A stretch of 64,000 nucleotides of DNA from Octopus bimaculoides (taxonomy: Eukaryota), in contig NC_068984.1 of the NCBI RefSeq assembly GCF_001194135.2, forward strand, positions 135,437,338-135,501,337, given 5' to 3'. A program made the translations under genes and the position numbers. Shown piece after piece: positions 10,884-24,852 of the stretch. The number at the start of each line of letters is the position of its first letter. Within the stretch, counting starts at the first letter, position 1. The notes below the pieces were generated by a model. It did not search any database. It had not been told where the DNA came from and was given only the letters and a program-made list of their open reading frames with translations.

Positions 10884-11050
10884 GTGGTAGCGAACTGTTA
10901 GCATTCATAGCACGTCGGACAAAAATCTTTTGCGCTATTGTCTGTTCAAATCAGACCAAAACTGCCTTTGTCTTTCTTCTTTCGGGGTCAAGAAAATTCG
11001 TAATAGGCAAGTACTGGGGTCAATGTAATCGTCTTACATCTCTCTCCCAT
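10884..11050 (+). mobile_element. Degraded copy of the GGCGGCGAGCTGGCAG-type SINE
   Basis: tagcacgtcggac...ctttcggggtca...ctggggtcaatgtaatcg aligns with 59727-59957. Confidence 0.6.
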
Positions 11051-11053
11051 AGT

Positions 11054-11430
11054 GGAAGCACAATGGCCCAGTGGTTAGGGTAGTGGACTCGTGGTCGTAG
11101 GATCGCGGTTTCGATTCCCAGACCGGGCGTTGTGAGTGTTTATTAAGCGAAAACACCTAAAGCTCCACGAGGCTCCGGCAGGGGATTGTGGCGAATCCTG
11201 CTGTACTCTTTCACCACAACTTTCTCTTACTTCCTGTTTCTGTTTTGCCTGTAATTCAAAGTGTCAGCCTTGTCACACTGTGTCACGTTGAATATCCCCG
11301 AGAACTATGTTAAGCGTACACGTGTCTGTGGAGTGCTCAGCCACGTGCACGTTAATTTCACGAGCAGACTGTTCCGTCGATCGGATCAACTGGAACACTT
11401 GTCATCGTAAGCGACGGAGTTCCAACAACA
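11054..11430 (+). mobile_element. Full-length tRNA-derived SINE (OR-like)
   Basis: A and B boxes; ~170-bp 3' tail shared with 44761-45083; ends in short AAC repeats. Confidence 0.85.
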
Positions 11431-11849
11431 GCATGCCACGTATCATCCAAAGTCACTGTTCATCTACGCTTGAAAATCGCTAGTAATCTCACCTGGTGAT
11501 TTCAGATTAATAGAATATAAAAAGTTGCATTACAAGTTATAAATTTTATCTTCAGAAGAAGGAAATAATTTGAACTCCAATAGTTGCTCATATTTTAGAA
11601 AAAACGTAAGTGAAATCCACACAACCATTTCTGTAACATCGCTGCCGCCACTAAACTTGTTAGCTGACAGGACGTGAAAACGAGCGCTATCCTGTTGATT
11701 GGAAATTACTCATACACTAACTAGACACGTTAGTTTCTAATTCCACCACCACTACAGATGTATATCTTATTCATAGTTTCCTAGTTGCATACCGGCTCCA
11801 TTCATTCTCAAATTTCGCATGCATCTATTTTATTCTACCCACTGCTTCT

Positions 11850-12900
11850 GTCGTCTCTCCTTAGATTGATATTACACTTCACGACGTTTCCTACCGATGG
11901 ATTTTATCCTTAACATTCTGCCCAGTAGAAATAACATCTTGTATCTATTATTCAATGCGAAAAAATCATCTATTTTCACTTCTGAATATATTCTTATTTC
12001 ATTTTTCATGAGATATTTTTGAAATCCGTCGGTTCTCAATGCCCAGTTTGTCATATTCTTGTGATTTAACAATATACCCTAGCTCTTGGAATCCTATGAT
12101 TTATACTAGTTCTAATTTTTTTCATATTCTTATTGTACTACAGAGGATTTTGAAAATTGTACTCCTTATTTGGTTTCATATTTTCGTAGATCAAAGAATG
12201 CAGGATTTCTTGGTACTTACTTTGGTTATCTATTTTTCACTATAATGTTAGATTTCAAAAATGTGATAACTAAGAAAAGTTATTGCTATCTTTTGTGTAG
12301 GCGTTTTTATTGCGAGGAAGCCAATCTTTGCATCAATTTCTGATGCTTGCATAATAACTCCTTCAGCATTAAATATAAAGAAAACATTTTTTTCCCATAT
12401 TTTATCACAAATCTTTCATCTTTACGCTTATCATTAGAACTATACATCTCTCACACCTACACAGAAGTATTTCCATCTTAGGATTATTATCCTTACTAAC
12501 ATTTTCTAAATTTAGATAAATTTCCCTGAGATTCTTCGCATGTACAGATCTCTTCATAAATTCATCTGTCCATTTCTGTTACCATTTATTTGGTTTATAT
12601 TATGAAGTTTATTGAGGTTTGAATTTATTGTATTTTTCTTGTCTCTTGAACCATGTCTATCATTCCGATTTATATCCTTTACATGTTGATAACTGTTTGC
12701 TTCAGTTATTCTATTTTCATAAATGGTTTGTGATTGTCTTGTTATTTGCATCTGTGGGTTTTGATCAATAAAGTACATGTCCATGTTGATCGGATATCGA
12801 TTTATCTGCTGATATGAAAATTGTTAACGCGCTTTCCTTGAAACAAATTGAATGTAAGCATTCCTAAACGCAAATTATTTGAATTACTTTTCATTCACTG
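11850..12900 (-). mobile_element. Possible highly decayed LINE coding region
   Basis: A-rich minus strand with short protein-like stretches; no diagnostic motif found. Confidence 0.2.
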
Positions 12901-13929
12901 GAGGCGGTACTTTCTTTTGGTACTTTCTGTCTGGATGAAATAAATACCAGTAACATTTTGACTGGTTTAATCTACAACGTACACCCAGGATTTGTATGGT
13001 TTTGTTTACTTGTATGACTCAGTTATTTAACCATAACCTTTATTCGATTCATTTTATTTGATGTTCATTTTAGCCATATTTAGTTTTGTGTTTACAAAAT
13101 GTACCCGCCGTAAGTTACTAGGAAGCTTCTTATCGCATATTCTTATGAGTAAGAACACAATAACATGATCTTTCGTGGCAGGGACTCAATCTATAAGGCG
13201 ATTCATTGATGAAACCTATTCCTATCAGCTGTTTCCCCATAAAGGCCTAGATAAGATGAATGCAGTATAATGGATGCTTTTATATATATCCAAAGTTGAG
13301 GCAACATCTTAAATGACATGAGGCATTAGATCTCTCAACCAGAATGAAATACAATGAGTCCGAATATATTTCTCATAATGTCTGTATATCCATTATACTA
13401 TGGCAGTATATTATAGCTAACGTGTGGAGTAATAAGTAATAAAAATAAAGCTGTAATAATTCTGGAATGCTTTGCACAGAAGGTATCATTGTTTTATAAA
13501 GTACATTGATTGTATTTGACCGGCAGTAATGCAATTTCTCAGAGTATTACATTGTAACAGTCTGCTTCTGCCATTAAAACCGATACTATTTTCATCAATA
13601 CGGTGTCCATTAGTTCAATCCCTTGTTCTCGTAATTTTCTTATTTCTTATATATTACAGAAGACTGAAACACAGCACAATTTACTATATCAAATCGAATG
13701 AAGAAATACGAAAATTACTATGAATGTTTTGCAAGAGTTAATGCCGAAAGAACATTCCCATATGAGGATCAAAAACTAGATCAATATATTTATGATATTT
13801 GTGTAGTCAACATTTCCCCTCCTCTATAAGGTGTGTGTAGCTAATCATAAGACATCAAAATTCAGTATATTACCTAAATTCACAAAAACTTCATTCTGAA
13901 GAATTATTCATATTCATATATCTATCTTA

Positions 13930-14140
13930 TTTTTTTACTTGTTTCAATCGTTAGGCTGCGGCCATGTGGAGTACCATTTCTAAGAGCAGTTAGTCTACGA
14001 ATGGGCGCCAGAACTTATAATTTTAAACATGGCTTCTATTTCAACGGTCTCTTGTGCTGGACTACTCTGTTACTGAGACGTAAACATACCTAAACAGGTT
14101 GTCAAATAGTACCAGGAGACAGACACAAACACAAAACAAA
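13930..14140 (-). mobile_element. Degraded 3' half of an OK-like SINE
   Basis: tttacttgtttcaatcg...gcggccatg...gacgtaaacatacc...ggttgtcaa matches 9720-9890. Confidence 0.6.
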
Positions 14141-15937
14141 CACACAATTATACATATATATATATATATACTATTACACACCTACGAGGTATTCATAAAG
14201 GAATAGACAGAGAGAGACAGACTATCTGAAGAATATAGAAATATCTACAAAACATTTCACTCGATTGTTTTCTCCAATTTAATTGTTTTTCGCATTTTAC
14301 TCTTATTTGAAAAAGTATAAAAGACGGAAACCGGTACTAAAATGTGCTTCATAATAAAATTATTTTAGCATTTTCTACCTTGTCTTATTTTCCTTATATA
14401 TATATANNNNNNNNNNNNNNNNNNNNNNNNNNNNNNNNNNNNNNNNNNNNNNNNNNNNNNNNNNNNNNNNNNNNNNNNNNNNNNNNNNNNNNNNNNNNNN
14501 NNNNNNNNNNNNNNNNNNNNNNNNNNNNNNNNNNNNNNNNNNNNNNNNNNNNNNNNNNNNNNNNCTGATCAGTGATCTTTCAAACGCAGTATCACCGTTA
14601 AAATAGCAGAGAAGTTCGGTATTAGTACTCCCCACAAGGCGGAAAATTTTGTAGACAAAAACCCATGTCATGTATATATATATACATATACGACAGGAAT
14701 CTTTCACCTTCCGTCTACCAGATGAATTTTGGGGTATTCGTAATCTGGTTCCATATGCTATCGCACATCCAATTTATGCTTTCGTCTTTAGCATCAATTT
14801 TCACCAAACATCAATATCTCTGACGGAATAAAAAGTAACGCAGATGAGTCTGTCCTACATAATTCAGGCGAATTGTTTTATAAACCTTGTAAACTAATTT
14901 TAGCTTAAAAGTGCAAATAACTTGCACGTATCATCTACAAACGTCTTTATCTCCATTTAATGGTGCTAAACAAAATGCTGTGATTAGGTAAGAATCATTA
15001 AAAAAAACAGTTATATGATGTAAGAATTGAATCGTATCTGCTGTAGATGTGAATATAATTCTATAAATTCTAGAGATGTTTTAATTTAATTATTTGAAAT
15101 ATTTGCAATATATTCTTTTGTAGATCACACTAGGCATTTCATATATTTACTTGAGAGAATATATATAATTCACTCCCTATATTGAATTTAGTTTCATATT
15201 GGGTATTTCGAATTCAGCTGCAAGATAAGGCATTATTGCATGCCGCTCTTTTGTATTCGGTATGCGCGATGATATAAGATTTTTAAAATCTTTATTAGTT
15301 ACTATTAGTTTGTACCTGTGCGAAAACTATACTGAAACGATAAGAAGAACTAAAGCAGTAAAACACGGTTGTGAGAAGTATTGATCTATGGTGGAATTTC
15401 TTAGAAATGTGTGACAGTTAGGCTTCGTCAAATTAGCATATTGTTACCGTAAAAGACAGATGATATATGCTAGTAGCATGAACATATAAAAGGAATCGAT
15501 ATATTTGAGCAAATATAAAGATAAATCTTCACGAGTCAATATAATATCATGGCACATTTAACAAACCCACCATATGGCATTTGGGTGTCTTTAGCAGAGT
15601 TCACTGGATTTCACAATTTAGACAATTTCTCCGATCTGTGGAAAATTCGATATTCTGATGGTCTGAATCCTACTACAACAGTAAGCAGTTTGGTCATTGA
15701 AAGAATGTATCGAAATATCGAGTCTTTTCAGACAAGCTAGCCAACCTGAAATGGGGCAAAACTTCTCCTTCATAACAAGTCACATAAATCACAGTTGCTC
15801 GTTATGTTATATTGGAGTGGCAATATATTGACTTCTCGTTACTTATTTCACGTGTGTGGTTTATTAGTAGACTAACCGAAAAAGTCAACGGTTGACCGTG
15901 GAACTCAAATCCATATCTCCTGTAGGCATAACATTCA

Positions 15938-15976
<39 letters not shown>

Positions 15977-15980
15977 GCAC

Positions 15981-16313
15981 GAGTTAAAGAATGGAGTGTA
16001 TAAGATCCGGGCTACATATGTCTCATAGTAAGTGAAACATCGGAAGTGACAAATATCCAAGCGAGGTGTATACCCCAGGCTACTCTTGATTAAATGAAAG
16101 TTTACATAGTTGCAAGGAGGTACATTCTGATTGAATCTCCCATGTGTTAACATGTACCTCCTTGCGACAATGTAATCCGTCATGTGATCAAGATATCCTT
16201 GGCCTGAAGAGTAGCCTACAGTATACACCTCGCTTGGATATATACCATTTCCGAGGTTCCTTTTGTTATGAAACATATGTAGCCCGCATTTTATCTACTA
16301 TATTCCTTAACTC
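15981..16313. mobile_element. Fold-back (palindromic) non-autonomous DNA element
   Basis: ~107-bp arms (15981-16087 and 16207-16313) containing perfect 21-bp and 14-bp inverted blocks, plus a nested perfect 14-bp inverted repeat (16112-16125 and 16152-16165). Confidence 0.85.
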
Positions 16314-16806
16314 TTGTATTCTTATTCGCACACCCAGCAAACCTGTTTTCCTATCGTTAAGTATAAAAGGAACGTTTTTTACAATTTATCGTACTTCGAT
16401 AAGAAAAACAGAAACCACAATCTTCGATTCCAATAAACAACTATTGTCCCTGAAAGTTTTTTTTTTTTAATATTTACAACGGATTGCTTGAAGCTAACAT
16501 TCTTCCTACACCTCGATCCTTGGATCTTTTATNNNNNNNNNNNNNNNNNNNNNNNNNNNNNNNNNNNNNNNNNNNNNNNNNNNNNNNNNNNNNNNNNNNN
16601 NNNNNNNNNNNNNNNNNNNNNNNNNNNNNNNNNNNNNNNNNNNNNNNNNNNNNNNNNNNNNNNNNNNNNNNNNNNNNNNNNNNNNNNNNNNNNNNNNNNN
16701 NNNNNNNNNNNNNNNNNNNNNNNNNNNNNNNNNNNNNNNNNNNNNNNNNNNNNNNNNNNNNNNNNNNNNNNNNNNNNNNNNNNNNNNNNNNNNNNNNNNN
16801 NNNNNN

Positions 16807-16849
<43 letters not shown>

Positions 16850-18999
16850 GTATGTATACATATTCTGTATGAATGTATAGAAATATATAGATACATATAC
16901 ACACGTCTGTATGTGTTTTATACAATTCCTTTTTTAAATATTATATTCATCTGTTGTACTCCTTTTTGTACCAGCGATCATGTCGCTTTTCTCCTAAGTG
17001 TTAACCTCACTCTCATGTTCACTCTCTGTTTCAATTCCTTCCAACATTGATTTGTGCATACGAATCCCATACGCTTATTCAGAGGCTGACAGATTTCCTC
17101 GCGTTATGGATTATCAATATGAGATGCATGTGCTCCATCCTCTTCCATTTTGCATGACAATATCTCACAAACGTGTGCATAACTTTTTTCAGTCAGTAAT
17201 CTATGTAACTATGAATGTTTGACTATGCTTTTAACAGTACGAATGACATTTTATCTTATTCTATTTTTTTTTTTTTTATAAAATATATATATATCGATAT
17301 AATATCATCAGCTTAATATACTATATTTTCTGTTTTTGACTTTCAAATATATTGAAAAGAATTTTAGTTACAATGACATATTTATAGCTGACAGGTGAAT
17401 ATTATGAAACATTTTTATTTCGTATTTGAATTTTTACAATTTATTTGTTTCTTTTTTGTCTATATAGCATATACATTTAATATCCATTTCGTAAATTTCC
17501 TCGAACACTTTGTTTTTTATTTTATTTCACTGCTCAGATTATTAATAATAGTATGCACGTGCTTGAGATGTATATCTTTCAGAAAAAAAGAAAAGAATAC
17601 AAAAAGAACGTTTGTTTTTTTCTTCTTTCAGGCTACTTATTACTCGACATAAAGTAATTACGTCTGTTATTCATGTACATATCTAACCTCAAATACAGAT
17701 ATTAAAGTGTTATTCGTTACTGATCCATTATAAATGAATTTTAGATGTGAAGGGCTGGAGACAATATAACAGTGGTGAACGAAATCTAATAATCTCCCAA
17801 GTTTATTATGACTACCAAATAACTTCCAATGTTGGTCAAACCAATAAAATGATATACCAACCTGAACACATTTAAATCAATTCTGAAATCATGAGTACGG
17901 GTGGAAACCGTTTCTTTGTTCCAATTCCTTGCATTGTAGCATACTACACAAATCACACCAAAGCTGCGGTTTGTGCTGAGATATCGGGCGCTAGAAAATA
18001 CCCATGATTCTTATAATTTATCTCGTTGTCGTTCTTCGTTATGAGTTTTCTATGTAAATGAAATTTGAGAGCATTAGATATTCAATATATATATATGATA
18101 TAACTATATATATTGAGAGTTAAGGCGCTGGACTCACGGTATTTTTCGAAGGTTGTAACATAATCTGTTTGAGCCACAAGAAATATGTGTTTAATCAATA
18201 AGCGCGAAAACCTAAAGTAATGAAACAACAACCAAGCTATATAATTGAAAGCGGGTTTCGTAATACGAACTCAAATGACTGAAAGCGAGATGCAACTCGT
18301 TGATTTTATATTTGTCTGAAATAAGAATGGCGAAAGTATATTCAGTTGCCGTCGAAAGCACCCCAATAGATTTGATATAGGAGTTCATCTAGTTCTTCAA
18401 ACTTTCACTCCAAACTCTCATCACTTAAGATTCTGCAAATGTATTTCTAATGAAGAATTCATTTCAACATTTCTTTCGTAAAATCAATGAAAAATACTTC
18501 AACAGTTTATTTGAATTATTAAATAATGCTAGTGGCGTATGAAATTTGTGAATTGCTCGATTTGTTCTGTGAATATAAAAATACATTGACACACACACAC
18601 ACTTGCGCGCATGTATGTATGTATACCTTCATTCCATTGTGTTGTATTGTACTGAACTGAATTGAAAAATTTGAGGTTATTGAAAACCCGTTAAGAAATT
18701 CAAGGATAGAATCTGCGTCTTAAAAAATGCTTAAATACATGCATGGTTGTTGTGTTTAGTATTTTAAGACAGCAACGAGTGTAATATACTGTATTTTGTA
18801 CTTAGGTTTAAATACACGGCAAAAGAAATATTTAACTGTAAAGTACATTAATATTCTTCCCCTTTAACTACGGGTAAACACACGTACACATATATGCAAA
18901 CATGTACGTGTATATATATATATATATTTATATATATATCATGGACTCTGCTGACGTTAGACGATATATTAGGGTTCGGCAATTTCATGCCGGTCAACC

Positions 19000-19340
19000 A
19001 CTCAGATGATTTGTTTTTAGTGATCAATTGTTTGCTTACGCATCAGCTCACTCACTCCATCAAATCGACATCACCTGTACAGATGGATATCATGCCACAT
19101 GTCATCTAGAGCGAGGACATATACTGCAATAGCTTGGGACTCAATGGCCTGCAGTTATTAAATGCCTAACCGAAATATCCGATGGGCCTTCATGGAGTAG
19201 GAGTAGATGTTTTCAAGAAAAAACTTGATTTGCTGCTCTCTAGAGTCCCAGACGACTCTATATCATGCCAAGAAACTCAAAATCGACCGGCTGTATAGAA
19301 CACCCTCTTTCACCAAAAGCCAATGACATAAGAATGACCA
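19000..19340 (+). mobile_element. CR1/L2-like LINE 3' fragment
   Basis: YCNSLGLNGLQLLNA*PKY..LHGVGVDVFKKKLDLLLSRVPDD matches the GP.LFN.LP...VDVFK.KLD..L..VPD C-terminal motif. Confidence 0.65.
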
Positions 19341-19790
19341 CTGCAGAGGGGTAGTTTCAGTAGCGGTACTCCTGTTTGGCCATCGTCTTCTTTGTGCTAA
19401 AACATATGGAAGAAATTAAATATATATATATATATATATATATANNNNNNNNNNNNNNNNNNNNNNNNNNNNNNNNNNNNNNNNNNNNNNNNNNNNNNNN
19501 NNNNNNNNNNNNNNNNNNNNNNNNNNNNNNNNNNNNNNNNNNNNNNNNNNNNNNNNNNNNNNNNNNNNNNNNNNNNNNNNNNNNNNNNNNNNNNNNNNNN
19601 NNNNNNNNNNNNNNNNNNNNNNNNNNNNNNNNNNNNNNNNNNNNNNNNNNNNNNNNNNNNNNNNNNNNNNNNNNNNNNNNNNNNNNNNNNNNNNNNNNNN
19701 NNNNNNNNNNNNNNNNNNNNNNNNNNNNNNNNNNNNNNNNNNNNNNNNNNNNNNNNNNNNNNNNNNNNNNNNNNNNNATATATATATATA

Positions 19791-20698
19791 TCCTAGCTGA
19801 CGTACCCTGTAATCCCCGGGAAAGCGGGGGTTCATCCCATGGTTCTGTTTTCATAATTGTTTCGCTAATCCAGTAACAACAGTACAAAGTATGTATCCCT
19901 TAAAACGGTTTTTGTGTATTTACAGAGAATACTGAACTCTCTTACACAGGATCTTCTTTTTAGAAATTCCCAATAAGTTATGAACACACAAATTGTGAAG
20001 ATAGTTATGTAAGAACATGAAATTAGTAACAGAATAAATTAGCCCCGAAATGGGTTTTAATGCGTTCTCAGATTACATAGAACATAGGAGGAAATATTCA
20101 TAAGGTATATATACTAAATTCGTGAAGTATGTTACATAATAACAGACTCATCAGATATAAAATAATAATAATTCAAAGTAAATAACTCTGAAAAGATCTT
20201 GTGTGCGTTCCCAGAAGATATTACTTTCAGGGGCGCTAGTGTTGGTATATTCATGAATAAGTCACTAACCGAAATAAGTGGATCTATTGTTTATGAAAAT
20301 ACTATTTATTTGTTTAAGGGTTGTACTGGATAAATTGCGAAACTAACTCTAACCGTTCAAATACTAAGAAATAAGTATACTCAATTTCATTTTTATCAAA
20401 TAATTTAGGATAATGAATGAGTTATTTCCCCTGGTTCTACATAAGGATCCTTCCCAGTGGCGAGTGGGTTATTTCCCTTGGCTTTTAAAATAAAATATAT
20501 TAGATATCTATGAGGATCTCTTCCAGGGGCCCCATTATCGATTTTTTTTTCTGCAATCTGAGTATGCGATGAGCTTTCCAGACAAGACTTGTACTCGCGT
20601 GTCAAGTTTCATCAAAAGGGATAAAACGTTGTAGGAGGAGTTAGATAACAACTCCACAAACACACCCACAGACAGAATTTCCCATACATGTAGTAGAT
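19791..20698 (+). mobile_element. Non-autonomous Helitron/Helentron-like element
   Basis: 5' TCCTAGCTGACGTACCC; 3' region aagtttcatcaaaa, subterminal hairpin ggagtt..aactcc, CACA/CAGA tract and TAGTAGAT end; embedded in TA repeats with no TIR or TSD. Architecture resembles Lep1/DINE-type elements. Confidence 0.55.
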
Positions 20699-23487
20699 AT
20701 ATATATATATGTATAATTATGTGAAAAAAGTACACTATCATTTTCTCTAAGACAAATACACTAATATTCATATGTAGAATCAAATATACCCATACATTCA
20801 TCAATGCACCCAAGTGCGCGTACGCACACACACAATGACACATACGCGCTTATATATATTTATAAGTATATTCAGGTATATACAGGGAGATGTAGATATA
20901 TGTGTATATCTACATCTCCCTATACATAAGGATTACTGTTTGGAAATACATACTCACGCTCACCGAAACATACGCACACTAACACGTGTTCTTCTAATCT
21001 GAAGCTAATGTTTTCGAACCTATCATAATTTAACACATAATATACATAGCAAAAAATCATATTCTAAATCATATGCACAGACATTATAGACGACCACTGG
21101 TTTTCTTTTTGTTTCAGGAATTTGTTTCTCCACTTCATAAATGTAAATTCATGTCTGCAAAAAAAATTTGAAGTCATTCTTGAAATATATAATCTTCAGA
21201 ACCTTCAGGCAAGACATTAATCTAGACAAAAATGAACAGATACATACATGCATTGCATAATAATAGATAATAGTAAGAACTCTAACAGACAATCACACAT
21301 GTTGAAGCGCAAAACGAAAACTCATGTTTCTGTAGCAATGCTCAGGCACACATATACATATACATATACATATATATTCTAGCCCTTTCATATGTGTCAC
21401 CAAATCATTGATAGTAACGTGTTGTCCTTTGAAATATCACTTTCATAATATAAGCGATCCATATTGTCTTCATTGCTAACAATGTGTGGCACACACTTTC
21501 ACAGCTAGAAATTTCTGTTAACAGTTTTTAAAAACTATAAATCACAATGAGATGCGGCGTACGGCAAAATTTATAACTATCTGTCACTATATATAATTTG
21601 TACAAACAAGTTTTTCCCTTTAATTAAAATATATACAAATCAACATATCACAGTTCTCTACTAAAGGTATATATTGGATTATAGTTAGAGAAATCGCTCT
21701 AAAGAAAAAATGAATTAAAAGTATTGTAGTTTAACACATTACTTTCTATTAATGCTGCTGATTCCTGCCGGACAGTTTCACAGTCATGTAGATGCATAAA
21801 CACACGCACCCACACACACACACACACATACACACGCGCGCGCGCACACGCACACACACACATGTTATTACATTATTTAAAATCGAAATAGTCTTGTTTG
21901 CCTATGATCTAGCGTTGGCGACTAGCGATGTCATAAATTACTGTTTCGTTCAGATGATTTCCCATTAAAGATCGTTTATGTAATCGTATAGCCCACTAGT
22001 ATACGCTAATGAAACACGTGTAAAGATTATGTAAAGTAGGCTGTAGTAATAAACAAATTTTGAAACGAATCTTAAGTGTAAATTTTGATCATGTGTATGT
22101 AGGTAGGTAGAGATAGATAGATACAGAGAAAGTGGGGAAGAGATAGGGAGAGGGTGAGAAAGGGAGAGATGGAGGAATGGAGAAATTGACAGATATATAA
22201 TATATTGAAATTATTGTTGTGTATATGATACAAATATTTTCTCTGAATACAGAAATCCTATGAAGAATTTGTAATTTGGAAGATTGATATTTTTGATTTC
22301 ATTGAATATTATTTAATGGTACGCTGATTGTGCTTAGAAATTATACAATTTCATTGATGTACGGGTTGCGTATACAGTATTGTTGAATTCCGCTTTCTAT
22401 TCGTATATAAAGAGCAGAATACATATAGGCGCTTTATTTTAACATGCAGTTGTTTTTCATTGTATAGAAATTCTTTCGTAAAAACGGAGCCTTTCAAAGA
22501 GTTGGAATATATTTTACAAGTTTTCCATAACAATTAGATAGAAAGGCTGGGTGTTATTACTGACAAGAAGTAAACATCGATCTACATTAATTATGTTTTG
22601 TAAGGAATATAAAAATAAAAAAAACATCACTATCCAAAAGTGAAATCTACATTAATAGCACTTTATATTCGATATCTACTTAAATAGCGTGTAACTAAAG
22701 TTATTAAAAATATGTAAAGCAAGGTTTGTATATAATATATATTCTCATAACGTAAGAATACAATATAACAAAATTTTAATTATTGGAGATGTAACAGAGT
22801 CACTATAATACACAAAGAGACACACTCATGTCAATATAAGCTAGTAGTCGTTGTCGACATAGCTAGAGATTGCTTAACTCTGAGCAGATATGGTTTTCCA
22901 GAAATAGACGAACAGCATGGGCTTTACGAATCATATTTATATTTCTAGTATGATGCTCCTATTTAAATACCACAACTCTCCGATCAAATATTAGATTCAT
23001 AAGCATTCACCACACTTACTCGTATCTCAGGTAATCTGTCGACCTTCTAGTCAGATGTGTGTAATATACTAAACGAAAGAGCATATATAGAGGCCTATTC
23101 GTTAGACTTCCAATTATATATACGGCAAATCTTTACACAGTTTCTGTCCCCTACTTTCAGTCACAAGTTATTTGTGTGTCCGGGCTGTAGCAGGGAAGAG
23201 TTGCCCAAAGTGACACTGAGAAATACTAAACCAGACAGAGAGAACGTGTTTGACATACATATCAAGAACAATACAGCAATGACACGTGATCCAGATGCTC
23301 TATCTGGATAGAATAGGTTCTTAGAGTCTGTAGATTGGGGCTTTGGCGCAAGTCTTAAATTCTTCGTTAGATCCAAATATACCTGGAGAATGATGTATGT
23401 TGAAGTACTTGACTCTGGGATATATCTCTGATGATGCATCAATGCGCTGTATCTATAGATGGCAGCAGACTGACGATGCATAGGCTT

Positions 23488-23553
<66 letters not shown>

Positions 23554-24779
23554 GCCTGTGCGTGTGCGTATACATATGTTTGTGATCTGAATGTTGGAAT
23601 CCTATTCGTTCAATAGGATAACGAAAGCAGAAGGAACATATAAACTTGGTGGCCTCTATTCAGAACATTCGATTTCCTTTCTACCTGCAGATTCACGTTC
23701 CTATTCACATACACATTTAAATGTAAAAATGCGTGTGTGTATGCGTGCGCACGCGTATGTCTATGTATACGCCTACACACTTATTCCTTATCTAGAACTA
23801 TAAATATGAATGGCTAATCTCACTTAGTCTGGATATAAAATGGAGAACTGGCAATTATGTATTCCTAAGAGCTAATCTTCAAATACCATATTTTGTGCTG
23901 TCTATAACACGAAATAATAGATGTGAGATTATCAGGTTGTAATATGTTCACATTTATCTATTATGTACGTGTTCATTTATTCTATTCATATACGAATTTT
24001 ATAATTTTAAAAATCTTCAGTACTATTATATTCAGTTCGCTAAGGTTGAATCATATCGATACTAAAATAAAATATATGTAAGCATTGTGTTTTTATTTAA
24101 TGGTGACCAACGTGATGTCTGCATTGATTTATACAACATGTTAGGCCTAATACTGAGACGTTCTGAGGAAGATTCACATAAAACTGTAACAGACTTCTAT
24201 GCGATTATCTAAAATATCGCTATTAGAGTTTTATATTTCTTGTAGAACATATTTTGAAAAATATATCAACACGTATTTAACGTTTGTTTCACGAATAAAA
24301 ATCAATGCTGTTTAGTGAAACGTATTCAGAAAATATTATCCCAACCAATACCTATATGTTTTAACATATAAGCTTTATTTTGTAAGTGATGCACCGCATG
24401 TATTCTACGACACGTGACTAATCTTTTGTATTCGTCAATATCAGATATCAATAACTGAGGACTGTACCAGTCGTGAGTAGCCACAGAAAACTTGTGTGCA
24501 CATATATTCCATTAAATACAATTGCAATACAGCACAAACTTTCCTCATCCTCTCTATATACACAAAAACATGCATATATCTCTCCCAAAGTAGAATATGA
24601 AGTATGTAACCGGTGTATGGATAGATAGAGAGGAGTAAGTTGAAATTATGTCTGCCCCACTAAATGAAAGAGAAAATCAGTCAAAGAAATGAGGAAGTTC
24701 ATCCAAAATCCAGTGATCACGAGCTTGTAACAGTAATCTCCTGACATACGTCTCTCTCTCTGTTTCTGTTTCTGTCTCT

Positions 24780-24780
24780 A

Positions 24781-24850
<70 letters not shown>
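24780..24850. repeat. (TCTG)n/(TCTA)n tetranucleotide microsatellite
   Basis: Direct reading. Confidence 0.95.

Positions 24851-24852
<2 letters not shown>

Noticed and set aside
15549-15575. LTNPPYG, resembling amino-methyltransferase motif IV
   Set aside because: No SAM-binding motif or surrounding fold in a 63-aa ORF; a short motif expected by chance
19803-19811. TACCCTGTA match to the 5' end of miR-10
   Set aside because: Only 9 nt match, no hairpin, and it lies in the Helitron-like terminus
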